Shown: piece after piece, positions 37,985-50,530 of the stretch
How positions within the stretch are numbered: the stretch's first letter is position 1
Layout of the letters: the number at the start of each line of letters is the position of its first letter
Assembly (NCBI RefSeq): GCF_032444005.1
Contig: NC_091288.1
Coordinates: forward strand, 223,820,001-223,884,000
DNA from: Ranitomeya imitator
Lineage: Eukaryota
Length of the DNA stretch: 64,000 nt
Reading direction: 5' to 3'
Notes under the pieces: generated by a model
Told to the model about the DNA's origin: nothing
Databases searched by the model: none
The model's input: only the letters and a program-made list of their open reading frames with translations
Made by a program: the position numbers and the translations under genes

Positions 37985-38090
37985 AACGACTCACCTGTGA
38001 ATGTGATGACTTGGGCTCCTGAGATATAATGTGCTGGGGTAATATATAGTATCATCAGTCCTCAGAGGTCTGGTCCCTGGACCTGATGCT
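37985..38090 (-). promoter_or_regulatory. Candidate non-coding first exon and promoter of OR-B
   Basis: Consensus donor CAG|GTGAGT at 37995/37994; gctcctgagatataatgtgctggggtaatat matches gctccagagacataatgtgctgcggtaatat at about 8682. Confidence 0.5.
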
Positions 38091-38278
38091 ATAAATCATT
38101 AATGTGCGGCATCCTCTGCGATATCATCAAATATAGAAATAATTCACAGGCCTGTGGGAAAAACACAAGAAGAATACACAAATATCGGGCTCAGATTAAC
38201 CCCTTTCTGACATTTCCAGTAACAGTACATTCACGTGACCTGGACATTATTGACCAGGGATGTACAGTGAGGGAAATA

Positions 38279-39902
38279 CAGTTGTCTTCAAAAGTTTACA
38301 TACCCCAGCCAGAATTTTTCATTCTTGGCCATTTTTTTTTAGAGAGAATATGAATGATAACACGAAAACTTTTTCTCCACTCATGGTTAGTGGTTGGGTG
38401 AAGCCATTTATTGTCAGACTCCTGTGTTTTCTCTTTTTAAATCATAATGACGACTCAAAACATCCAAATGGCCCTGATCAAAAGTTCACATTCCTTGGTG
38501 ATTTTGGCCTGATAACATGCGCAGAGGTTGACACAAATGGGTGTGAATGGATTTTAAAGGTAACATCCTCACCTGTGATCTGTCTGCTTGTAATCAGTGT
38601 GTGCATAAAAGCTGAGTGAGTTTCTGGGATCCAGACAGACTCTTGCCTCTTTCATCCAGCCACTGACATTTCTGAATTGTGAGTCATGAGGAAAGCAAAA
38701 GAATTGTCAATGGATCTACGGGAAAAGGTAGTTGAACTGTATAAAACAGGAAAGGGATACAAAAAGATATCCACGGAATTGATAATGCCGGTCAGCAGCG
38801 TTCACACTGTGATTAACAAATGGAAAATCAGGGGCTCTGTAAAAACAAAACCACGGTCAGGTAGACCAACAAAAATGTCATCCACAACTGCCAGGAAAAT
38901 TGTTCAGGATGCAAAGAAAAAGCCACAAATAACATCAGATGAAATACAGGACTCTCTGAAAACTAGCGGTGTGGCTGTTTCAAGATGTGCAATAAGGAGG
39001 TTCTAGAAGAAAAATGGGCTGCATGGTCGAGTCTCCAGAAGAAATCCGTTACTGCACAAATGCCACAAAGTATCTTGACTACAATATGCAAAACAGCACA
39101 GAGATAAACCTCAAAACTTCTGGAACAAGGTAATTTGGAGTGATGAGACCAAAATTGAACTCTTTGGCTACAACCATAAACAATACATTTGGAGAGAGGT
39201 CAACAAGGCCTATGATGAAAGGAACACCATTCCTACTGTAAAGCATGGAGGTGATCCCTGATGTTTTGGGGATGTGTGAGCTACAAAGGCATAAGAAACT
39301 TTGTCAAAGTTGAAAGATGAATGCAGCACGTTATCGGCAAATACTGGAGGCCAATTTGCAATCATCAGCCCGGAAGCTGCACATGGGACATACTTGGATG
39401 TTCCAGCATGACAACGAACCAAAACACAAGGCCAAGTCAATCTGTCATTGGCTACAGCAGAGCAAAGTGAAGGTTCTGGAGTGGCCATCTCAGTCTCCTG
39501 ACCTCAATATCATTGAGCCACTCTGGGGAGATCTCAAGCGCACAGTTCATGATAGACAGCCCAGGAATTTACAGGAACTGGAGGCTTTATGCCAAGAAGA
39601 ATGGGCAGCTTTACCATCTGAGAAAATAAAGAACCTCATCCACAACTACCACAAAAGACTTCAAGCTGTCATTCATGTTAGAGGGGGCAATACACGGTAT
39701 TAAGAAATGGGCTAAGTGAACTTTTTATCAGGGTCATTTGGATGTTTTGGGTTGTAATTATGATTTAAAAAGAGGAAACACAGTAGTTTGACAATAAATG
39801 GCTTCACCCAACCACTAACCATTGCTGTTATCATTCATATTCTCTGAAAAAGGCCAAGAAGCAAAAATTCTGTCGGGGTGTGTAAACTCTTGAGTACAAC
39901 TG
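38279..39902 (+). mobile_element. Tc1/mariner DNA transposon with long (about 200-bp) inverted repeats
   Basis: TA|cagttgtcttcaaaagtttacatacccc ... ggggtgtgtaaactcttgagtacaactg|TA; the inverted repeats align over about 200 bp. Confidence 0.93.
38686..39703 (+). pseudogene. Tc1 transposase (DD34E), disrupted
   Basis: MRKAKELSMDLREKVVELY..GYKKIS, GRP, WSDETK, QHDNEPKH, SPDLNIIEPLW; premature TAG at 39004 plus frameshifts. Confidence 0.92.
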
Positions 39903-40123
39903 TAAGTATTTTGATTTGATGCATTTTCTTACTATTGCACCAACAGTTGTCTCCTTCTCACCCAGCATCTTACTTATGGCTTTGAGGTCCCATTCCAGCT
40001 ATGTGCAGGTCTACAATCTTGTCCCTGACATCCTTATAAAGCTCTTTGGTTTTACCCATGCTGTAGAGGTTAGAGTCTGATTGATTAATTGAGTCTGTGG
40101 ACAGGAGTCTTTTATAAAGGTGA

Positions 40124-41562
40124 TGTAACAACTCTGCTGGCATCATGGCATGGCCTCTCATCTCTCACACTATCTTACCCACTGCTCCAGGCCATGATGT
40201 GGTTTCTGTTTCTTGCCAGCTCCATATTCTGTGTCTCTGCTCTCTGCATGCCTCATGGCTATGTGTATAGGGGGCCGGCGCCTGAACTCTCTGGTTCTTA
40301 TCGGAATCAGGTGCACCTGTCTAATCTGTTCCTGACCAATTGCCAAGATGCCTCCTGTATATAGTGCAGCTCCACCCTGTGCTCTGGGCCTGTGCAATGT
40401 GTTAGCTCAGTTAGTGTTTAGCTGCTGAGTTTGCCTGGCCTTGCTCTGTGTTATTCCCTCTCTGGAGGCTTTTCTCTGTGCTATTGCCTTGATCTTGTTG
40501 TCCGCCCTCCAGGAGGCAGAATATCCTGGTCCCTGTGTCTTTGTTCTTGTTTCTTGTCTTGTTCCATTTCCTTGTCTGAACTTAGTCTTATCTCGGTCTC
40601 CTTGTCTGTGGCTTCCTTCCCTGCTGTGTCTTTCCTCGTGTTCTCAGTCTGCTTACACTCCGCACTCTTGCGGCTCTGCCTGCTCTGTACCTTTGTGGCT
40701 TTACCTCTGCTCCGCACTCCTGCGGTTCTGCTCTGTTCTACTCTGCTTATCTTCTGCTGCTGCAGTAATCTCTTGCTGCAGCTCCTCTCCACATTCCTTG
40801 TGGCTCCGCTCTGCTTAGATTCTGCAGAAATCTCTTGCTGCAGCTTCTCTCCTCATTCATTGCGGTTCTGCTCTGCTTAGCTTTTGTTGCTACGCTATCT
40901 CTTGCTGTTCTTCCGCTCCTATCTGCAGCCTTGCTCTTCTTTTCCTGTGTGAACAGGTCCCAACCTGTTCCTTCATTCTCCTTTCCTTCTGACTTTTTTC
41001 TGTACCTGCACCTCCAGTGTGAACAGGTCCCTACCTGTTCATTCATTCTACATATCCATACCTGCACCTCCTGTGTGAACAGGTCCCTACCTGTTCCTTC
41101 ATACACCACACCAACCTGCCCTGTGTTCTCTGCCGTGCCTGCCAGCCCTGTGTTCTCTGCTGTGCCTGCCAGCCCTGTCTCTTTGCCGTTCCTGCCAGCC
41201 CTTTGTTCTCTGCCATGCCTGCCAGCCCTGTGTTCTCTGCCGTGTCTCTGCCAGCCCTGTGTCTCAACTGTGCCAGCCTACTCGTCTGAGTTTCAGCCGT
41301 GCTCTTCTGCCAGTCCTGCCTGATGCCTGCACCTGTCCTAGGGTTCCTGTTCTCCAAGTGGGATCAGCAGCCACAGCCAGACACCACCCTGGAGTAGCAC
41401 CTGGCAGCTGCTTGCTGCACAAGCCTGTCCTCACCATCAGAGGCTCCAGTGAAGACCCAGGCAGCTGTCATAGTCACGCCCCTTCCAGGGTAGTCTGGTT
41501 TGTGGCACAGTGGGGCACAAACCCCCGAGCTCACGCCCACCAGTCAGGGCGTGAGCGTGACA
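40124..41562. mobile_element. Solo LTR (or LTR-only derivative) of a different family, 1439 bp
   Basis: TGTAAC...GTGACA termini; 5-bp duplication ggtga at 40119-40123 and 41563-41567; internal C/T-rich tandem repeats. Confidence 0.8.
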
Positions 41563-41646
41563 GGTGACTTTGTAAGACAGCTGTCTTCAATGCAGGTGAC
41601 GAGTTGGTTAGAAGCGTCTAACTGGTCTGTAGGAGCCAGAACTCTA

Positions 41647-42784
41647 AGGCCATGTTCACACAGTGCGTTTTTTACCGCGGAACCGCGGCGGTTTTGCCGC
41701 TGCGGTTCCGCAGCTGTTTTCCATGCAGGGTACAGTACACTGTACCCTATGGAAAACAGGACACACTGTGCACATGGTCCGGAAATTGTAAAAAAAAAGA
41801 CGCGCTGAATAGCTCCCGGAAAAAAGAAGGAGCATGTCAATTCTTTTTCCGGAGCCGCAGCGGTTCTGCACCCATAGACCTCCATTGTGAGGTCCAAACC
41901 GCAGTAAAACCCGCAGATCAAAAATATATCTGCGGGTTTTACTGCGGTTTGATGTGCAGAACCGCTGCAGCAGGAAGTGCGGGGAGCGGGCGGAAGTGCG
42001 TGGGCGGAGTGTGGCTGCCCCCCCCGTGTTCCGATCCCGCCCCCCGTGCTCCGATGCCCCCCCCCAGTGCTCCGATGCCCCCCCCCCCAGTGCTCTGATG
42101 CCCCCCCCGTGCCCTAATCTCCCCCCCTTATACTCACCCGGCGTCCCGGTGTCCGTCCGGCCGTCTTCTCCCTGGGCGCCGCCATCTTGCAAAATGGCGG
42201 GCGCATGCGCAGTGCGCCCGCCGAATCTGCCGGCCGGCAGATTCGTTCCAAAGTGCATTTTGATCACTGAGATATAACCTATCTCAGTGATCAAAATAAA
42301 AAAATAGTAAATGACACCCCCCCCCCTTTGTCACCCCCATAGGTAGGGACAATAAAAAAAATAAAGAATTTTTTATTTTTTTTTTNNNNNNNNNNNNNNN
42401 NNNNNNNNNNNNNNNNNNNNNNNNNNNNNNNNNNNNNNNNNNNNNNNNNNNNNNNNNNNNNNNNNNNNNNNNNNNNNNNNNNNNNNNNNNNNNNNNNNNN
42501 NNNNNNNNNNNNNNNNNNNNNNNNNNNNNNNNNNNNNNNNNNNNNNNNNNNNNNNNNNNNNNNNNNNNNNNNNNNNNNNNNNNNNNNNAACCCTAAAAAA
42601 ATTCCTAGAAAACACACAGACTCTGGCTAGAAAACTGCATAAAAAAACGCATCAAAAAACGCATCAAAAACGGACCAAAAAAGGACCAAAAAAAGGACCT
42701 GCGTTTTCTGCCAAGAGCTGCAGTTTTTTAAAAAACAGTCAGGAAAAAAAAAGGATGGAAATCCTGAACGTGTGAACATACCCT
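41647..42784. mobile_element. Harbinger-type MITE spanning the assembly gap
   Basis: aggccatgttcacac ... gtgtgaacataccct termini next to TAA-like sites; host Tc1 sequence continues on both sides. Confidence 0.65.
42386..42588. other. Assembly gap (N run)
   Basis: 203 N bases. Confidence 1.
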
Positions 42785-43569
42785 TAATGGTTGGTCGGGG
42801 ATCAAATACTTATTTACACTGCAAAATGTAAATAAATGTATATAGTTTATACAATGTGATTTTCTGGATTTTATTTTTGATATTCTATCTCTCAATGTTA
42901 AAATTAATCTCCCCTTAAAATTATAGACTGTTCATGTCTTTGTCAGTGGGCAAATTCCCAAAATCAGCAAGGGATCAAATACTTATTTCCCCCACTGTAT
43001 TATTACTGCATCACGATCGTGCATGCACACAGGCTGTGACTGGGTGATCACCGCTGGGTGTCAGCTGATTCTGACAGCTTCTGATTCTGACAGCTGACAC
43101 CTGGCACTGGCACTAAGTGCCAAGAGTGGTCCCGCACCGTTCCCAGCGCTTTAACCCCCTAAATGCCACAATCAAGACTGCAGTAATCCACGCAAACACC
43201 CCCAGTGATCCCCCTCTCCCTCCCCACCCAGAAACATCCCATCTAACAATAATGAGGCAAACACAAAGAATTGATGGGTGAAGGTCGGTCACAGCTTTAT
43301 TTATTTAATAGAAATATATAGCAATAAAAGGAAGCACTTGAAACTTAACAAAAAGACCAGTAGCGATATGCCCTGCAACATCTACAGGCAAGTCAGACTA
43401 CGTAGTCACAATATTCCAGTGCTTCCTTCATTGAAAACAGCCATGTAGGATCGTGAGTAGTACTATACAGGACTCCGACAACCACCCATCAGGCACAAAG
43501 CTTGGTCTATCCTATATTGGAGACCCGACAAGAGAATAGCAGAACTGTCTAGGACAGGGACCTTTATAA

Positions 43570-43803
43570 ACACTTAGGAGCCTTTACAGGTGTTTTTTGT
43601 TAATTATTCTAATTTACTGAGATAATGACTTTTGGGTTTTCATTGGCTGTAAGCCATAATCATCAACAGTAACAGAAATAAACTCGTGAAATAGATCACT
43701 CTGTGTGTAATGACTCTATAGAATATATGAGATTCACTTTTTGTATTGAAGAACTGAAGTTAATTCACTTTTTGATGATATTCTAATTTTGTGAGAAGCC
43801 CCT
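43570..43803. mobile_element. Tc1-like terminal repeat fragment
   Basis: AT-rich block ending ...tgatgatattctaattttgtgagaagcccctcta, resembling a Tc1 IR end (recognised by eye). Confidence 0.5.
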
Positions 43804-43905
43804 CTATAGATAAAAGTGTTACCCACTGCCGTGCTGCTGCCACCGACCCCAGGATAATGTATCAGACGTGAACAGTAGCCGGTGACGTCCATTACACAGC
43901 GAACA

Positions 43906-43911
43906 TTTATT
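43906..43911 (-). terminator. Candidate polyadenylation signal AATAAA of the TIR-like gene
   Basis: Plus-strand tttatt about 1.06 kb downstream of the TGA at 44971. Confidence 0.45.
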
Positions 43912-44406
43912 GCACAAAAACAAAACTATGTGAAAGATGATGAGATGTCACACATCTGCCTGTGACACAACAGTAGATAGTACAGCACAAAATGACATAA
44001 AGTAATAATCAGATCTCAAAAATATCGATCAAAACCAACATAGAAATACCTTAAACTTCTGAGAAAAAACTGCATCTAGTAATACAGCACCAGGTATGTG
44101 GTTCCTGGGCTTTACCCATATGTCATGGTGTATACTGTAGGTCCATAGTGTGTGGTGGCCTTTGGTTCTGATGGTGACACCCAAACCTTAATGGTGGCCA
44201 CCTGCTCATCATAATGACCTGTTAGCACTGATCATGACCCCTAGGTTCGGATGGTGACCCAATGATGTTGATGATGACATTTGGTATAATTGATGAGTCT
44301 CTGATCTGATGATGAAGCTTTGGCAATGGTGTTGGCCTCCTAATATTGCTGATGATGACGAGTCTTTCGTTATAATAATGATCCCTCTTCAGTGATTATG
44401 ATGATG

Positions 44407-44915
44407 AGTCTTCGGTGATAGTAATCACTCTTCGGTGATGGTGATGATGACTCTTCGGTGATAGTAATCACTCTTCGGTGATGGTGATGATGACTCTTCG
44501 GTGATAGTAATCACTCTTCGGTGATGGTGATGATGACTCTTCGGTGATAGTAATCACTCTTCGGTGATGGTGATGATGACTCTTCGGTGATAGTAATCAC
44601 TCTTCGGTGATGGTGATGATGACTCTTCGGTGATAGTAATCACTCTTCGGTGATGGTGATGATGACTCTTCGGTGATAGTAATCACTCTTCGGTGATGGT
44701 GATGATGACTCTTCGGTGATAGTAATCACTCTTCGGTGATGGTGATGATGACTCTTCGGTGATAGTAATCACTCTTCGTTGATAGTGATGATGACTCTTC
44801 GGTGATAGTAATCACTCTTCGGTGATGGTGATGATGACTCTTCGGTGATAGCAATCACTCTTCAGTGATTGTGATGATGACTCTTCAGAGATAGTAATCA
44901 CTCTTCGGTGATGGT
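44407..44915. repeat. 43-bp tandem repeat (20+23 subunits), about 12 copies, in the predicted 3'UTR
   Basis: ctcttcggtgatagtaatca-ctcttcggtgatggtgatgatga; period 43 (44451 and 44494). Confidence 0.95.
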
Positions 44916-44970
44916 GACTCTTTGGTTACAATGATGATGATGACTTCCGCACTTGCTGATTTCAGATTCT

Positions 44971-45045
44971 TCACAATGTCACGCTCAGGACGATAATCAG
45001 CACAACGAGTAACAAGAGGATGACACCCCCGATAATCCAGAGCAC
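44971..45045 (-). CDS. TIR-like gene, last coding exon (C-terminal transmembrane anchor)
   Basis: Acceptor tttgtctcttag|; encodes VLWIIGGVILLLLVVLIIVLSVTL followed by TGA. Confidence 0.8.
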   Translation of the reverse strand: MLWIIGGVILLLLVVLIIVLSVTL

Positions 45046-45728
45046 CTAAGAGACAAACACAATTACTGACACATTGTATCAGCCGTATGACAGCGCTCCA
45101 CCATCCTGACCCTGCGATCAGATCTTCTCATCATGGCTTGTTCTCTAAGATTACATTCACGATGAATGTTCCCTCATTTTCCACTTTGTCCCTGTTCACA
45201 TTGTCTGTTCGCTATTGAACACTGGAGTGGGATTAAATCTAGAGGAAACATTCCATTCTCTGAGGTTCCAGACGTGGATCCATAGGAGGAAAATCTCAGT
45301 TCTTGCTCCCAAAATAAAGTCTTAGATTGACGGGAGCAGATTATATTAGTAAGCCATTGTTTGGGCAAGAAATCTCTATGAAGTCACCCCCAGTCGGGAG
45401 ATGACCTCCATATTATACAAGGTGAAGAGTCCCAGAGTAATGTCTGTGGGGTACCAGACGACTACAAGCCCCGATAATGACAAAAGAGAAGCTGCAGTGT
45501 ACAGCAAGAAGGCCAAGGTCCTGTACTTATCTGAGTGCTTAGTGCAAGATGTGGCCAGTGCTCCGGATAGTCAGCAATTACCTTGTCCTTTCTCCAGCTT
45601 TTTTGGCCCTTTTAATATAAAGAAATAATCAAAGTCAGACATGAGGTAGAAGAGTTCACCACATCTCCAGTCATTAATGGTCCATATCTGGCAGACCCCC
45701 CATTGTACCGGTCTGACGCATTATATCA

Positions 45729-45729
<1 letters not shown>

Positions 45730-45789
<60 letters not shown>
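45730..45789. repeat. (TA)n microsatellite, about 30 units
   Basis: Seen directly. Confidence 0.99.
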
Positions 45790-45792
<3 letters not shown>

Positions 45793-45889
45793 ATAACTGT
45801 AATGGGTTTATTGTGAAAGAGAGGAGCCAGAAGACGGGGCATATGATTTCCACTTCTCCTGCGCTGACTGGAAGCACTTCACATTTATA

Positions 45890-46455
45890 TTAAATGGTGC
45901 AGGTTTATTTTAGCAGTGCAGGGGTTAATCTGCTCAGGTGAGCTCCGGGAAGCTTTCCTGCATTAAGGCTCCCAGCTGTTCACTGTTAGCTCCTCCCATC
46001 TCCTATATTACCTTGGCCCTGGCTAACACTCATTGTCAGAGAAGCTTATGCTGCATGGCTGGAGGTTGGTGGTGGTTGTTATTGGAGAAGGCGTTTGATG
46101 GATTTATCTGTGACTGTTGCTAGGTTTTGAGTGTGTGATAATTCCCTTTCTTCTCCTACTTTAGTTAAACCCCATCCTCCACTCCCTGATGCATTCCTCT
46201 GTTATATGTGTGAGTATATTTGTATGCTTGGTTTATTTCGTTACCCCTGTCCTTATTATCTTGTTAGTCAGGTTGATGTACTACAGTACACTACTACTCC
46301 CCTCTTCCCTGGGTGGGGGAAAGGTACAGACTGAGGGCGGATGCAGGAGCTCTGACACGGTACGTGGCCCTGGCATCTTCACCATCAGAAGTAATTCGGG
46401 GAGCAGGGCGAGCTAGGGTGCCCCTAGCATTAGAGACAGGGAAGGAGCCCCGACA
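45890..46455. mobile_element. Possible truncated LTR fragment
   Basis: Composition and ending (..gagctagggtgcccctagcattagagacagggaaggagccc) are LTR-like, but no clear TG..CA termini or TSD were found. Confidence 0.35.
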
Positions 46456-46988
46456 ACGAAGTTATGACTAATAACTAAGCTATGCTGTGACAGATGTCAC
46501 TAGTGCCATCTGACCTTTAATATGGTCAATTAGGTTCCTTCTCGTTTTTTTTTTAATTTTTGTTTTTTTTCCATCAAACCTCCTGATGACCCTACAAAGT
46601 CTAGAGAAAATAAGATTGCTGTCACTCCACCCTGTGAATCTTATTCAGCCCATTATTTGGGAGCTGTCAAGTTCCCCTTCCTATACCTAAAACTATGACT
46701 GGTCTGGAGGAGATAATACAATCCTGTCCACTCTTCCCTCATCATGGAAACTCAGATTTGAAGAACTAAATGGACAGATTGTAGAAGGATCCCATCATGA
46801 CCCCCTAAGGGCCATTAGACCACCCTCTATTCTACATGACATGACCACATTTCTGGTTGGTGTAAAATTTACCTTTTCGTTATTGTCGTTGTGCTGGGAA
46901 ATCTATAATAGAAAAAGATAAATCAATGTATGGAGATGTAGAGTGCTGCCCTGTGTAGAAGGCCCATCGCCCGTCAGGCCTAACTCAC

Positions 46989-47039
46989 CGGTAAGCTGTC
47001 GGACGCGTTTCTGCCGTTGTTGTCACTGATGAGGTTTCT
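46989..47039 (-). CDS. TIR-like gene exon (51 nt, phase 0-0)
   Basis: ttttttatag|...|gtgagt; RNLISDNNGRNASDSLP. Confidence 0.8.
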
Positions 47040-47859
47040 CTATAAAAAATAGGAAAGAACTAATTTTCAGCCACCGGAGGAATAGTAAAGATAGAGCCCC
47101 TCATGGTGCTGGATGAGCCGGGGATCTGTTCTCCCACCCAATCCCAACTCATGAACTTCAGGATGAATACAATGTGCAGACGAGAAGGATTTGTGGCCGA
47201 CTGTCACTGCGAATTTCACCCATTGTCCGGGCAGTGACATAACATGAAGTCTCGGATAGGACACTAACTATCATGGGTCTGCAGTAGTAGTGGTCTTGTC
47301 ATATGGGCCACAGGAACCTCCAAGCTCCAGGACCAGCTGCATCCCCGCTGCACCCATGATACTAGCGCTCCTGAGTCCGGGGCAGGAGAAACATACAGGG
47401 ACGGATATAATAATCCTGTACAAGAAACAGGCATGGTGCCGCAATTTGTTCTTGTATATTAAGCCACACCTTCTCTCCCCTTAAGCCACACCCTCTTCCA
47501 CAAAGCCACACCTTTTCTCATGAAGACACACTCCCAATCACAAAGTATTTCTTACAGTGCCACACCCTCTTCCACAAAGCCACACCCTCTTTTTCAAAAT
47601 ACCACACCCCATTCACAAGATCCACGCCCTTTCACATGGTGCCACACCCACTTGTAAAAAGCCACACCCTATTTCCAAATAAGGGGTTAACAGTATTATA
47701 AGCACATATATAGGCCTATAAAAAGTGGTGTCAATTTGCATCAAAAGGTTTGAACATTTGTTGCATTTTCCTCCAAAGTTGAGGCGTAAACAATAGCAAA
47801 TTCTGAGTACGATATGGCGGCATTATTATCACTGCTATCAGAAACCCGGAGACTCGCAC

Positions 47860-47879
47860 CTCTTCATCGTTCCTCAGAT
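47860..47879 (-). CDS. TIR-like gene microexon (20 nt, phase 1-0)
   Basis: ttacatttcag|atctgaggaacgatgaagag|gtgcga; (D)LRNDEE. This exon supplies the phase change needed to reach the TM frame. Confidence 0.7.
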
Positions 47880-48080
47880 CTGAAATGTAAGATAAAGTCA
47901 TCAGAATTCTAAGAACTGTTATTACCACTATTATTACTACTACTCCTATTATCTTCTGTTATTATTTCCTCCGGTCACACGATGATAAAACCCGTGGGCA
48001 GGACATGAACCGCATGCATTAATGTCCGGTGGTGACCGATAGGGGCTGGGAGGTTGGAGGGTGCAATTAGCCCAGGGTGA

Positions 48081-48290
48081 TGTGAGAGGAGAGAAGAGGA
48101 GAGAAAAGGAGAGAAGAAGAGAGAAGAGGAGGTAGAGAAAAAAAGAAAGGAGAGAGGAGAGAAGAGGAGAGAAAAGGAGAGAAGAAGAGAGAAGAGGAGG
48201 TAGAGAAAAAAAGAAAGGAGAGAGGAGAGAAGAGGAGAGAAAAGAAGAGGAAAGGAGAGAAGAGAAGTAGAGAAGTAGAGAAGAGAAGGG
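48081..48290. repeat. Polypurine (GAGAA-rich) tract
   Basis: Almost exclusively A/G on the plus strand, with an internal duplication. Confidence 0.9.
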
Positions 48291-48409
48291 TGATGGGTGG
48301 ACGCCGCCCCGGGGACCCCAGGTACAGTGTCCTGCTGCCATAACCCCATGTCCATGGCCCTGGGGGCAGATAATGATACAGGACCCCTGGGGGGCTCTTC
48401 ACTCCTCAC

Positions 48410-48448
48410 CTGAGCCGGGTCGCTGGGACGATCGGACGCTGGTGTCAT
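48410..48448 (-). CDS. TIR-like gene exon (39 nt, phase 1-1)
   Basis: tctcttgtctccatcag|...ggctcag|gtgagg; (D)DTSVRSSQRPGS. Confidence 0.75.
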
Positions 48449-48709
48449 CTGATGGAGACAAGAGAGATCATAAGTTACAATGATAACAGTTCAGAGCAAT
48501 GACAATGACGTAACCACCCGAGCATCACAATGAGCTCCGCACACCGCAGAGACATCGCCAGGAATAATCAGGACTTATGTAGGTGTCTTGTAGCACATGG
48601 ACAACTTTTGGGGCATTTTTGTTCTGATTGCTTGTTCTTTTGTCTGTAAAGCATTTCTGGAATAGGGTATTCTTAACAAGTTTGCACAGTTTGTCTTTTT
48701 CAACCTCTG

Positions 48710-50530
48710 TGTATCACTGTACATAGCAGGCTGCAGAATGAGTTACCAGGGATCAGTCAGGCAGCTCGTCTGTAACACTTATCTCCCTTCTCCTGGACCA
48801 TCTTCTACATCCTCTTTATATCACTGTACATAGCAGGCTGCAGAATGAGTGACCAGGAATCAGTCAGTCAGCTTGTTCTGTCTGTAACACTTATCTCCCT
48901 TCTCCTGGACCATCTTCTACATCCTCTATATATCACTGTACATAGCAGGCTGCAGAATGAGTGACCAGGGATCAGTCAGTCAGCTCGTTCTGTCTGTAAC
49001 ACTTATCTCCCTTCTCCTGGACCATCTTCTACATCCTCTATATATCACTGTACATAGCAGGCTGCAGAATGAGTGACCAGGAATCAGTCAGTCAGCTTGT
49101 TCTGTCTGTAATACTTATCTCCCTTTTCCTGGACCATCTGCTACATCCTCTATATATCACTGTACATAGCAGGCTGCAGAATGAGTGACCAGGTATCAGT
49201 CAGTCAGCTTGTTCTGTCTGTAACGCTTATCTCCCTTCTCCAGGAACATCTTCTAAATCCTCTGTATATCACCGTACATAGCAGGCTGCAGAATGAGTGA
49301 CCAGGGATCAGTCAGTCAGCTCGTTCTGTCTGTAACGCTTATCTCCCTTCTCCTGGACTATCTTTTACATCCTCTATATATCATTGTACATAGCAGCCTG
49401 CAGAATGAGTGACCAGGGATCAGTCAGTCAGCTTGTTCTGTCTGTAATGCTTATCTCCCTTCTCCTGGAACATCTTCTACATCCTCTCTATATCTCTGTA
49501 CATAGCAGACTGCAGAATGAGGGACCAGGGATCAGTCAGTCAGCTCGTTCTGTCTGTAGCGCTTATCTCCCTTCTCCTGGACTATCTTCTACATCCTCTA
49601 TAGATCACTGTACATAGCAGGCTGCAGAATGAGTGACCAGGGATCAGTCAGTCAGCTCGCTCTGTCTGTAACGCTTATCTCCCTTCTCCTGGACCATCTT
49701 CTACATCCTCTGTGTATCACTGTACATAGCAGGCTGCAGAATGAGTGACCAGGGATCAGTCAGTCAGCTTGTTCTGTCTGTAACACTTATCTCCCTTCTC
49801 CTGGACCATCTTCTACATCCTCTATATATCTCTGTACATAGCAGGCTGCAGAATGAGTGGCCAGGGATCAGTCAGTCAGCTCGTTCAGTCTGTAACAATT
49901 ATTTCCCTTCTCCTGGACCATCTTCTACATCCTCTATATATCATTGTACATAGCAGGCTGCAGAATGAGTGACCAGGGATCAGTCAGTCAGCTCGTTCAG
50001 TCTGTAACACTTATCTCCCTTCTCCTGGACCATCTTCTACATCCTCTATATATCACTGTACATAGCAGGCTGCAGAATGAGTGACCAGGGATCAGTCAGT
50101 CAGCTCGTTCAGTCTGTAACACTTATCTCCCATCTCCTGGAACATCTTCTACATCCTCTATATATCACTGTACATAGCAGGCTGCAGAATGAGTGGCCAG
50201 GGATCAGTCAGTCAGCTTGTTCTGTCTGTAACACTTATCTCCCTTCTCCTGGACCATCTTCTACATCCTCTATATATCACTGTACATAGCAGGCTGCAGA
50301 ATGAGTGACCAGGGATCAGTCAGTCAGCTCGTTCAGTCTGTAACACTTATCTCCCATCTCCTGGAACATCTTCTACATCCTCTGTATATCACTGTACATA
50401 GCAGACTGCAGAACGAGTGACCAGGGATCAGTCAGCTTGTTCTGTCTGTAACGCTTATCTCCCTTCTCCTGGACCATCTTCTACATCCTCTATATATCAC
50501 TGTACATAGCAGGCTGCAGAATGAGTGACC
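48710..50530. repeat. 112-bp tandem repeat, about 16 copies (intronic)
   Basis: Unit tatatcactgtacatagcaggctgcagaatgagtgaccagggatcagtcag...; homologous ORFs at 49741 and 50077 lie 336 bp (3 x 112) apart. Confidence 0.97.

Larger units (their letters stand above)
38265..42997 (-). mobile_element. Older internally deleted Tc1-like element hosting three later insertions
   Basis: Ends TA|cagtgagggaaata..agtatt and aatacttatttcccccactg|TA; residual transposase N-terminus [24 protein letters not shown] on the minus strand at about 39970-40060. Confidence 0.75.

Noticed and set aside
42291-42617. ORFs spanning the N run
   Set aside because: Artefacts of translating the assembly gap.
44377-44970. 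His-rich (HHHHHRR) coding repeat on the minus strand
   Set aside because: The 43-bp period shifts frame each unit and brings in TGA; it also follows the stop of the TM exon.
44900-47039. Alternative frames for the last two exons (ETSSVTTTAETRPT... or GALDYRG...)
   Set aside because: Only phase 0 links through the 20-nt exon to the upstream chain and yields a coherent TM helix; the phase-1 reading stops within the 51-nt exon.
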